A stretch of 59,743 bases of DNA, the filler included, from Sphacelaria rigidula (taxonomy: Eukaryota), in NCBI GenBank assembly GCA_964200075.2. It is 10 parts of 10 records of this genome, joined end to end, with 100 filler letters (N's around TTAATTAATTAA, not from the genome) between each part and the next. Parts side by side here need not be neighbours in the genome. Positions count along the whole stretch, not along the records: positions 41,893 to 47,776 come from CAXNAA020023745.1; positions 47,877 to 53,760 come from CAXNAA020023746.1; positions 53,861 to 59,743 come from CAXNAA020023747.1; 7 more parts are not named here. One strand, 5' to 3'. The notes beneath the pieces are model-generated. The model ran no database searches, was not told where the DNA came from, and was given only the letters and a program-made list of their open reading frames with translations. The position numbers and the translations under genes were made by a program. Of this stretch, positions 46,379 to 56,900 are shown one piece after another. Within the stretch, counting starts at the first letter, position 1. The number at the start of each line of letters is the position of its first letter.

Positions 46379-47712
46379 AATCAATATTCACTTGAAAAAA
46401 ATATGCGTGAACCAGATGGACTCTACAGTAGACCTTACGAAATGTACGTAAACAATGGTTGATACTCGATTTCACTTGATTTCAGGCTGGAGAAAGTTCT
46501 GAGAGCGTTTATGGTCCGGGGCAGGTGAGCAGTGGTGAGCAGTAGACCCAGCTCGCCCAGAACGTGTTTTGGTCCCAAATCGGCTAAAAAGCGTCGATTC
46601 GAGCTCTGGCAACGCACGCTTTGCCCAGGGGAACACTTCGCACCCTCCTCGCTCGAGGGTTCTCGATATGCCTTGATCGGGGTTACGGTCAGCGTTAGTT
46701 TCAGGGTTGGTGGTATCTCCACAGTACCAACCATTGTTTACGTATATTTCCTCAGGTCTCCTCGATGGACTACCCGTACCGGGGTCAAAGGGGTAACCCT
46801 TAGACCGCGAGGGTTGGCCATCTGAATCACGCATACCTTTTTTAAGTGAAGTTGATGCCGATTCAACCGATTACCTGTTCTAGTCGTCTAAGGGTCGAGT
46901 TCCGGCTCGAATCTTTCCTTGGTCTGAGATTGGAAATAATGCTAACGACCATCGTACACCTGCACCAGCCACCTGGCAAACAACATGCCGTTCGTGTGTG
47001 CAACCATTTCATAATATATAGCCCAACGACGGGTCGGAAAATATTCGGAACCAATGAAAATATAATCCTTGGGCTCCGGAGCGCAAACGGTTCTTCTTTG
47101 AAAGGAAAAGTTGACGTTGGTGAGCATTCGATTCTTAGGAATGGTACCCGACTGGTAGGGTACCCTCTCATTATATATAATAATCAAAATAACTTCGTGA
47201 TGACATGGCGGTTTCACGATTTCACCTATTGGATGACTGTCGATAGAGTATGGTTGATTTTTTCGAACAATCTTTACTGCAATTACTTTGACGATATCAA
47301 AATCCCTAATTCGAACTAGTGCAAGTAGAAGATTCGTGATCAGGTGACATGAGCCTTGCACCAATTATTGGGAACATAGGCTGAGATGCCACTTCTGATT
47401 ATCAAGGAGGCGGCCAATCAACGGAGGCTAGTAAACCATCGTTCGGCAACGTTTTGGAATGGTTGACACAATTTTTCAAGTATCGCTACCCTTACCCTTA
47501 ACCCTAACTCCGACCCAACGAACACCGAGAACCCTCGGGCGAGGGCGGAACGTGCATTCCCCAGGCAAAGTGCGGCCTTGGTAGACCCCAAACCGGCGCC
47601 TGTGGCGCCGACTTCAACGAAAAACGCGTTTTGTCACGAGGGGCACACGGGACTGTCAGCCGCAATAAATTCCGCATCTCGTGGTTCACGCTGAAATTCA
47701 AGAAATATCAAC

Positions 47713-47776
47713 CATTAACAACAAATTGTGCGAATTGAGGTTTAACTCCGAGATGAGGTTCAAGCCTAAAACAGTG
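47713..47776 (+). repeat. Repeat end shared with 59673-59735; both contigs break inside the same repeat
   Basis: attaacaacaaattgtg.gaattgaggtttaact.cgagatgagg.tcaagcctaaaacagtg at both contig ends. Confidence 0.9.
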
Positions 47777-47996
47777 NNNNNNNNNNNNNNNNNNNNNNNN
47801 NNNNNNNNNNNNNNNNNNNNTTAATTAATTAANNNNNNNNNNNNNNNNNNNNNNNNNNNNNNNNNNNNNNNNNNNNCATAAGGTACGGTGAGAAGTGACA
47901 ACACTAGAAGACCTGTGGCAGTCGATAGAGCGCTGGCAAGGGGAGTCGCCCTCCTCGGAGTGAAAGTGACGGGGATCAAACCCCCACGACTAACTT

Positions 47997-48090
47997 TTGC
48001 GACGGTGTAAGAGACAACCAACTAGACTACTGACAAGTCAGCGCTGACTTGGTCATTAGTCTAGTTGGTTGTCTCTTAAAACCGTCACAA
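47997..48090. repeat. 94-bp near-perfect palindrome (hairpin)
   Basis: ttgcgacggtgtaagagacaaccaactagacta...tagtctagttggttgtctcttaaaaccgtcacaa, centre aagtcagcgctgactt. Confidence 0.9.
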
Positions 48091-48742
48091 CAGACACTCT
48101 ACCCCATTTGGGGGGAAGTTGAGTACGACGTCAAATAGTCTACCCAATTTTCGGCTAGATCGAGCACAGCCTAAAACGCTCTAAAACCAAGTGTTGGGTA
48201 AGTATTGTCGGTAACCCTGACCGTTGGTGACTTCGTGAGGTCACTTCACAGACTACCTTGACTGTGAGGAAGTGTGGTTCCATCGCCCCGCACATGATAG
48301 CTCCGAAATTATGGTCAGGTTTCGGTTTCAGCATAGTGTGCCCAACACCTTCTTGCGTGAAAATGAGTATAGACTGGTAGTGGGAAGTAAAAATCAGCGA
48401 CAATGCGGATCACGCAACCAAAACTTCTATAGACACTGCAATAAGTATACTCCGATACAGGACAATACAGCACTGCCTGTACAAAAAGACAACAACACGG
48501 CGTAGTAAGATCAACCTCCCGTATATGTTGCACTGTTCCTACTCTGTCCTGTCTACAGAGTTAGTCGCGGTAGCGTATGGTATCTAACACGTACACTTGT
48601 GAAGAACTGCTCGTACTTCTGTCCTGTTCTGTCGAGTCATACCGTGTAGTGTCTGCACTACTTGCTCAGTAGTTATTTTGGTGGTGTGCGGTTTCTAATA
48701 CGTACGTATACTCACTTGTGAGAACAAAAGGAAATAACGCAA

Positions 48743-49226
48743 AAGTCCGCTGCTTATAACATACAGGGACAAAAATCTGGAAAGGTGACTTTTTGGAGCT
48801 TCTACGTCGTTTTGCGCCCTGAAACAGAGCTGGGCGGAGTTTGACACCTTGGCATGACTTGCTCTACTAGTTGAAGCGGTTCCAGGGCATCTTCCCGTTC
48901 TTCAGTGGCCGCAGCTTTTATTTCGGCCTGACGATAATTTTTGTCCAAGAACAAGAATGGTCAAGAACGATCAAGAACGGTCAAATCTAGGGGGAAACGC
49001 CATATACTTCTGGACTTGGTCGCTCGTGGACAAAAATTCTTGTTTGATCAAAATGAAAACTGCGGCCACCAGAAAACGGGAAGGTGTCCTGGAACCGCCC
49101 AAACGAGTCGATCAAGTCATTCCAAACTGTCAATATCTGCCTGTCTTTCAGGGTAAAAAACGACGTAGACGCTCCAAAAAGGCACTTTTCCAGATTTTCA
49201 CTTTTGTCTGTTGCAAGCAGCGGCTT
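48743..49226. mobile_element. ~485-bp foldback/MULE-like MITE with ~200-bp inverted arms
   Basis: aatctggaaaggtgactttttggagc.tctacgtcgtttt...gcggttccaggg mirrored by cctggaaccgc...aaaacgacgtagacgctccaaaaaggcacttttccagatt. Confidence 0.85.
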
Positions 49227-50389
49227 AAAAGGTGAAGATGGTTTTGCGTGCAGGATCGGCAGGCGCACGAATACGGGGTTTCCAAAACCTTGAAAACAAA
49301 TGTAAGCTACAACCAGATATACCCGGTAAGGTATATACTTGTGAATACGGGGATTCATTCTACCCAAGGTTTGGTCAGATTGGGCACGGCCTCAAGTACT
49401 CTACCTGAAATATGGGTATATTGAGTACGACCTCAAATATTCTCCCTAAAATTTGGGTGGGTTTGGTACGACCTCGAATACTCGACCCATTTGGGGGGTA
49501 AGTACTCTCAGCAATTCCCGGATATTGAGTATCACTTTGGTATGGTCTTGATACCCTGCCCTACGCTTGGGTAATTTGGGCACGATCTCAATAATCTGCC
49601 AAACTTTTGGGTAGATTGGGTACAAGCTCAAATACCCTAGCAAAGTTGGGTAAACGCTCTCAGCACTACCCGGATATCGAGTATCACTTGGGTATGGCTT
49701 CAATACTCCACACAAATTTTGGGTAATTTGGGTACGATCTCAATATCCTACCCAAATATTTTGGTACCAGAAGTAGGACTTTTCGACATACCCGACTATC
49801 GGGAACACCCTACCCGACACGCCCTTCGAAAATTGCCCTTGAAGATAGTAACGCCCTGTCCTAGCGAGACAAAAAATGATATTGTGATAGTGAGAATGAG
49901 AGTGATTATGACGGTTCACCAGGTTTGCGCCGAATCAGCCTGGCTGAAGCTCCCTACTGTAATGGAATGATGGACACCTAACTGGTGAAACACATTTTGA
50001 TGATAGTTCCCGCGTAGGATTTAATCCCTGTAAGCTTGCTTAAGGAGTCTTCTTGGTATATAGCGGTGCTATAGCAGGGTTCTTGGTGTTATCCACCTCA
50101 AAGACACGTATCAAGATTGATATCAAGGCTAGCATACACTGAGTCGCAAGCCTTGACTTCCACCTTCCGTCGTGAGGACTGGTTCACCCCGTAGCAAGGT
50201 AGTAGTTGGACGTGTAGCAGATGCTCAAAGCCCTGATGATATCTTCGATTAGCTTCTACTCTCCGGTTCTGGCTCCCAAGTCGGGGATGCAAAACACAGT
50301 AAACACAAAGGTTCATGACGGGCAAACCTCTTTTTTACAGCTACATAATGTATTATGACTCACCGTTCACCCCACAATTCTGGCACATA

Positions 50390-50720
50390 CATCATCGCGA
50401 CACCAAACTCCAACCGTCTTGGTGTTTCAACTTTCATCTATAAGCAGCTCCCGTCTGCTTTCCGAAACTGTCAGGCCGAACTCCCGACAGGCCATTACGA
50501 TCACAGGCATGACCCTAGCAAACCCGTCTGGGGACCTCGACGCTATGCCTGCGTATTCCGGGTACATTGTTCCCAATACCGCGCTTTGCACCCTCTCTAT
50601 GCACAGCTCTATACCCGCCATGGGTTAACCAGAGCCGATCGAAGGATGAGAGACCTCTTATTCGTACTACGCTCAACGGTGACTTCGTGTCCTGTCTCGT
50701 GCCGGCGCTGACCAGCATTA
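50390..50720 (-). mobile_element. Highly degenerate RTE LINE RT fragment
   Basis: MYPEYAGIASRSPDGFARVMPVIVMACREFGLTVSE aligns with LYADDACIVSRTSSSLEKMVTMMVTICGKFGLT at 43205-43320. Confidence 0.75.
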
Positions 50721-51399
50721 TTTCTTACTCGGCTGTTTCCTATTGCAAAACCGAAACAATCGCTGAAAGAAAGTGAGGAAAACAGAAAGAGTGCACAGGC
50801 ACAAAGACGAGACTGGAACACCTAAACAAGTAAAACGAAACAAAGTTAAAAAAATATATAAAGAAGGATCCGGTCTGCACAACATGCCTTCAGGTGAAAA
50901 ATGTCTTGCGTGAAAGTACACATCTTCATAATCACTCGAGAAAAAAGCGAGACGACATTGGGTACAGATTGTGGCCCATCTGTTTCAGCCGCACTATCAT
51001 GGGTATCAGGTCTCATCCATGAACCCCATGGGAGCGAGGCACAAAATAGCGACTCGCACTTGCACATATCGGAAGGCAAGAACAGAGACAGAGACAGAGA
51101 CAGAGACAGAGAGAAGGAGAGAGAGATGGAAAAAGAGAGGGAGGGTAGAGAAAAATGAGACTACAGAAGAGATGAAGCCCAAGGACAGGGTTTCGTAGAG
51201 CAGGTACAAACACACAGACCAGGGATACCGCAAGACCACCAACCAAGGACAAAATTCACAATCGATAGGAAAAGACAGGGAGGGGTACATCAGTTTCCGT
51301 GTTAGCTTAGCTTCCCCCCATCCATCACCAGTCGGGTACAAATTGGGCCACTATCTCGGTCATTTCATTCCTGAATTCCCCGCGAGCTTTTGTTGTTGT

Positions 51400-51900
51400 T
51401 GTATTAGTGGTGGCAGCTCTCCGGTTTGCGGCTCTCGGTATAGCAGCCTCTCAGTTGTTGGGGGGGGGTTCGATTCGCGTTTGTCTTCGCGTTACCACGT
51501 GTCTTCAAACTTTTCCACACCTTTCTCGTCTCCTAGATGCCATTAGCCCATGTTCTCCGCCACAGTGACCCAGTCGTGGGCGTCGTTTCCACCGCACCGT
51601 AAGCGAACCATTTTCGCCGTGCTCCTTTGCGTGGAAGGTCCCCTTGTGCACCTAAGTTCTGCTGGAGGGTGTCACTCAAGTGTTTGGGCGGGCGAACAGC
51701 CTCCTCCGGCCCTTGTTCGGCTAACTGTTCGTGCATGACGCGTTTTGGAATATGTTTTTTAGGAAACATGTTTCGTCTCCTCTGGGAAGGGCCCCTACGA
51801 ACCAGACTTGACGCTTGTGGATGGTTGTCTTCATACAGCAGTAGGTCATCTCGAGCACAGCTCTGCACGAAAGAGCCTTCTAGCCCGTTGGAGCTTCCAT
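51400..51900 (-). mobile_element. RTE-type LINE ORF 3'-end relic
   Basis: HIPKRVMHEQLAEQGP...RPPKHLSDTLQQNL resembles the RLPK...GRP..W.D C-terminal motif of RTE elements; a (CAA) run follows at ~51390-51402. Confidence 0.65.
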
Positions 51901-53873
51901 GGGGTACCCAACCACTCGCAGCAAAAGCCTGTGGTGGGCAACGCGCAGACCGTCGAAGCACTGCCAACGTAGCATCCACGTAGCACATCCGTTCAACGGA
52001 GCTTCCATCACTTCCACTTTAAGCAGTCGGATTTTCGAAGATAGCTGGGTATCGGGTCGATCGTAGAGTTAGGAACAATACCCTTGGAGGCGTGCCCACG
52101 CAGACTGGTGCGGCAATTGATTTCGACGCAATGTTATTACATCCGCGCTGACAGCACCGCCCAGGTAAGTGCAACCAGCAAACTAACGATACACCTACAC
52201 GCGTAGAAGGAGAGAGTTATGACTAGCAGACAGTGTCGAGGGTTGATGGGGCCTACAGCCTGCAATGTGGGCTAAGTCGGCAGTGGTGTGCTCGGAGCTC
52301 AGTCCTGCAAATGCTGATGTTTAACCGGTCAAAGGCTCCAAGCTTGGACCCTCAGCTACTGAAATAATTTCATCCGGAGCCGGGACACTGCCGCAATAGT
52401 TGCGCCGATGGAGACGGGAGACGGATGAGTAACCCTGGATTCGGCGGACTGAAGCTGGCGGCCGACCGTGGCGCGGACAGCTGCACTTCCTCCGTGAGAC
52501 CATCCGCAAGGCATGGATTAACATGCACTGAACAAGGGCAGAATTGGAACATAGATAAAGTCACCCGCATGGAATATTGGAAGGAGGATGCGGCCAGGGA
52601 GAAGGAAAGGGCAAAGGACAAAGCGTGGGGCTGTAGCTAGTAGCTAGTAGCTAGGTATCTTATCGTTGAGGTTAGATTGGCGACCGACAACGTTCGTACG
52701 GTGCTTCTCACTCGATGTATGGTGGTTGGTCCTGCTGAGGTGGCATTGGGAAAGTGTGACGTGATAGATTGATAAGTCAATGGACTGCAGGAAATGTGTA
52801 GAACAGGCAAGACTGAGTTCGTTTCAGGAGAAAACAACGTCGTCGGGTGCGGGGTGAAAGGAGGTAAAGCAAGAGCTGAACAACGTGGGGTGGGGTTCGG
52901 CGGTCAAGGCGTCGACCATGAGCAAGGCGGCGTGGACACAGACGTTCCTCAGCGAACGCTTCAAGTCGATGACGCTCAACGCTCAGGAAAATCAAGCGCT
53001 GACGCCTTCGTAGTTGCCTATGCTCTCGTGGACACGTCTGAGTCAGGAGGAGGACATATTCTGAACTGAGTCGGATAGCGCTATCAGCCACGTTCTCAGC
53101 GACAACCTCCTGTTCGTTTTGATGAATGCTTGCGGTAGGACTGGGGTACAATATGGAGAGGGGTCTCACTGAATCGTAGGAGCATATGGACGGAACTCCG
53201 GGGCTGGCGACAGCGATGATATCGCGTTGCTACGAGCTGTCGGTAACAACAGGCCCATTTCTGTCAAAATGTGCTCTTGTACCCCCAAGAGAGCGACGTC
53301 GCGGTATAATGGACCATCTCGCAGAAAGAAGCGCGCTGTCAATAGCACCACGCCGCAAGCTCACAATCGGCGTGTGCGAAGGATCATCGTACGCCAGCAA
53401 CCGCCTAACTTTCAGACCCCAGGTCACAAAATATCGTGTGCGCTACAGTGTGACTCCCACGAATATTCGCATGCAGCAGGAAGCGGCGAGCCCCCACCGG
53501 GCCCAAGGCCATCGATGGGCGATCCGTAACGTCTGACATTAACAGACGCGAGATAATTTTAAACTTCGTCATCAGCGAGCTCACGCAGGGAGAGCAGGGA
53601 GACGCCGTTGGTGAATTGACCACCAACCTTGCCGACACACACTACTCAGATCCGCCGAGAGGGTAATGCTATGTCCGATCCGCAGCCTATGGCCTCTGCC
53701 AGACGATCTGGACAAGAGGGCTATTCAGTGAGGGACTTCTCCAGAACCCACTGGCCTCACNNNNNNNNNNNNNNNNNNNNNNNNNNNNNNNNNNNNNNNN
53801 NNNNTTAATTAATTAANNNNNNNNNNNNNNNNNNNNNNNNNNNNNNNNNNNNNNNNNNNNCCTTCCACGACCT

Positions 53874-53976
53874 TCCAGGACCTTGTGCAACGTACCTTGC
53901 GCAACCTCCACCTTGCCAACGGTGGATAACCTACCTTGCAGGGCCAGGTTGCGCAAGGTGCCTGCAAGGTCCTGGA
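53874..53976. repeat. ~100-bp imperfect inverted repeat built from accttg units
   Basis: tccaggaccttg...accttgcgcaacct / aggttgcgcaaggt...caaggtcctgga. Confidence 0.75.
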
Positions 53977-56900
53977 GCCCCCCCCCCAGTGGCCACGTGT
54001 GTGAGGTGCTACTTCCGAGGTAAATTATTTATCAAACCTTAGCAGAAAAAACAGCGTGGAACATCGCATGTTGAACTCGCTGAGACGCTGAAATGCAGTA
54101 AAGAAATTGACTTCTTGTGGGTTTATTGTTCGCCGCATTCTCGAATTATTCTCCGGGTTTCGGCTAGTTCGTACCAGACTTCGCCCAAGTGGCTGCCGCC
54201 TTGTTGACTCGCGGGGAGGTAAAACCACTGATAATTTGGATCAGAGGATGTTCAAGGTACAAAAACTTTGAGAAATACCTGTACGAGAGCTCCAGCCGGT
54301 CGGAAACATCGTTGTTCGGAGGGACGGAGCTTGGTCAGAAAAGAGAGGATGCTTCATGCCTGACCTACATACCGTGGTTAGTGATGTTAAATGCTCCATT
54401 CCCGAATTCTCATACGATTCTGAAGGTGGGGTGTCGCGAATCACCCCAGGGGGGCGGTTTCTCTTTTTTTCATTCACATGATCACGACTATCTCAACGGC
54501 GCGGCCATCATGTACCAGATCTCCTCGTACTCGTAGTCGGCGCCTCTAAGCGGATGTTCCTGCAAAGCTCGGACCTCAAATCCATTTTTCCCCCCTCTCG
54601 AAAGAAAAGAAAAACAATTCGATATCAGCGCATGAGTAGCCGAGCGCAGGGGATACTCTGACTTCTATTTTGTTATGCTTTGGAGTCAGTTGGAAAGAAA
54701 CTCAGAGCTGAGGCAGCGTATGACTGAAAATTATGTCAAATGGAAACGTGAAGCTTAATGCCTATTTGGTGACTAGTATTGCTCGTGAACACCATGTGGT
54801 GGTTTAGCCAAAATTGTTCAGGATTGTGCGAAAACAACTGATTTCATCATTGCACAGGCCTCACCACGGGGCTGGAATCAACGGTAAGGTATCCCAACGC
54901 GTCGTCACAGATGATCCCGTCGTTGAAATGTACCGCACCCCGATACTTGATTCGACGCCGTCGTGATGAATGGATTCCGAATAATCCAAGGCTTACCAGA
55001 CAGAGCTGCTTGTTGTGATGAGTAGTCGAAGAGACATTCCCACGTCGTCGGGTTGGTCGTGGCAACTCGATTCATGTTTGTTCTTGTCCCCAAGCTCCGA
55101 GAGAAAGTTTGGGTTTGTGTCAGCGGAAATTCCCAAGCTCCGATAAGGGATTCGGCCTTTGTCAGCGAAAATAGAAAAATGATGTGACGTTTTGAGGGCC
55201 ACCCCTTCATCAATCGACTCGCAACAGCTGATTTCAGCTCACGGTGCAAACCTTGCGCCCCTCGATGCATGTCTGCGTATGCGAGATGATTTCGTGAGCT
55301 ATTTTATGTGTTTTTAGAGGCTATCGTCTTCCGCGACATGAACAAATCAACGTCGCGTATCGAGACAACAGGCGACAGGTGAAATGCCGAACCTGCCGCA
55401 GATCCTTAAGTAAGCACGATCCTGTTCCGATTTCTCCTATACCGATCTCAGCTCACACTGCGAATCCTGCTCCCACTCTATGCATGTCTACGTAAGTAAG
55501 ATGATTTCATTAGCTTTCCTCTGTTTCTTGTTCGTTGTCGTCTCCTGCGGCACACGAAGACCGGTGTTGCGCTTTCACGCGACAGAGAACCGTCGAACAT
55601 GCCGAAGATCCTAACTCGATCGCAATCCTGTTGTGATCATTGCTACGAGGCTAGGAGGCATTTACAGTTGAAAATCCCGAACCCGTACGATGGCCGGTCT
55701 GATCACGATTGATCGGATAGCGTGTGCGATGTAAAAAAGGGAATAAGGCCCATTAATATCGACAATGTATTTTCGGAGATCGCCGAAAAGTTCGGGCACA
55801 GACGATTTGCGAAAGCTTGTGAGCGCCATGGTGTACACAAACGACAGCTCTCCGAATTACTGGGTTGCAGTCCTCATTAGCCAGACGTGTCCCAAAATGG
55901 AGGTTTGGAAAAAAAATCACGCGGTTTCATTGTCGAAGAAGCACGAACGCCGAGTCCGACATGTCTGAAAACCCAGAGATCTCCGAAACAACATTGTCGA
56001 TAATAATGAGCTTTAGCAAGGCTTATATAACGCCACCTGAGCCACTCGCACAGTGCGGCCTCGGCTAAGCACTGCCATACTTTGGGGAGCAACGTGAACG
56101 AGCATTGGACGAGGCAAAAACGAATACGAGTGAACAAGCGTCTTTACGACCAAGTGGATATCAACCTGCCACTGTGAAACTGTTTTAAGGTGTTGTGTTG
56201 TTTAGTATCAGTCGACAAGCCCTCGTGCGGATCACAGGTTTGATCTGTGTACACGGCTTATCATCCTGTATCAAAGTGCACGCTTGTCGTCATCTTGGCA
56301 TCTGACGTTCGACTTGGAGTCTCTACCTGATTCTTGAGGATTGCTTTGCCCTTCCCCAGTAGGGCACTTGCTTTCTTATCCCTCGCTGTTGTGGTGCCTC
56401 CTTTCTTACGCCTGCCCCCGTAGTAAACTCGTCCTTGTAGTTGCTTGCATTGTTGTTTCTAGTGAGTCATTCGCTTTTTTTACGCCAGCCCATCTCAAGA
56501 GCGCGTGCACATACCCCATTTCACGCAGCCGTTTCCGCAGCACCTTGTTTTCGTTGGTAGTAACTCGTTGCATTTCACACCGCCCAACACGTTCACGTGA
56601 GCCGCGTCTACACACGCCCCACACAACCCGCTGCTAGTTCTCTCGTACCCGCTCCTTTTCCTTCCTTGTGCCCTCGCACCTTATCCCATGCGGCGCTGAT
56701 CGAATACGGTACTGCCCGTAGTTGCCTCCCCCCTCATTAATTTCTTTTCGACGGTACCTGTATCATTTGCGCGTACAGATCCCGGGGTCCGGCAGATATT
56801 GGCTCCACGCTCCCCATGTATCTACCCAATTCTGTGCAGCACTTTCCATGACCACCACGCGATCCCCATATGTTCTGCGCGACGCCCACATCATCGTCGC

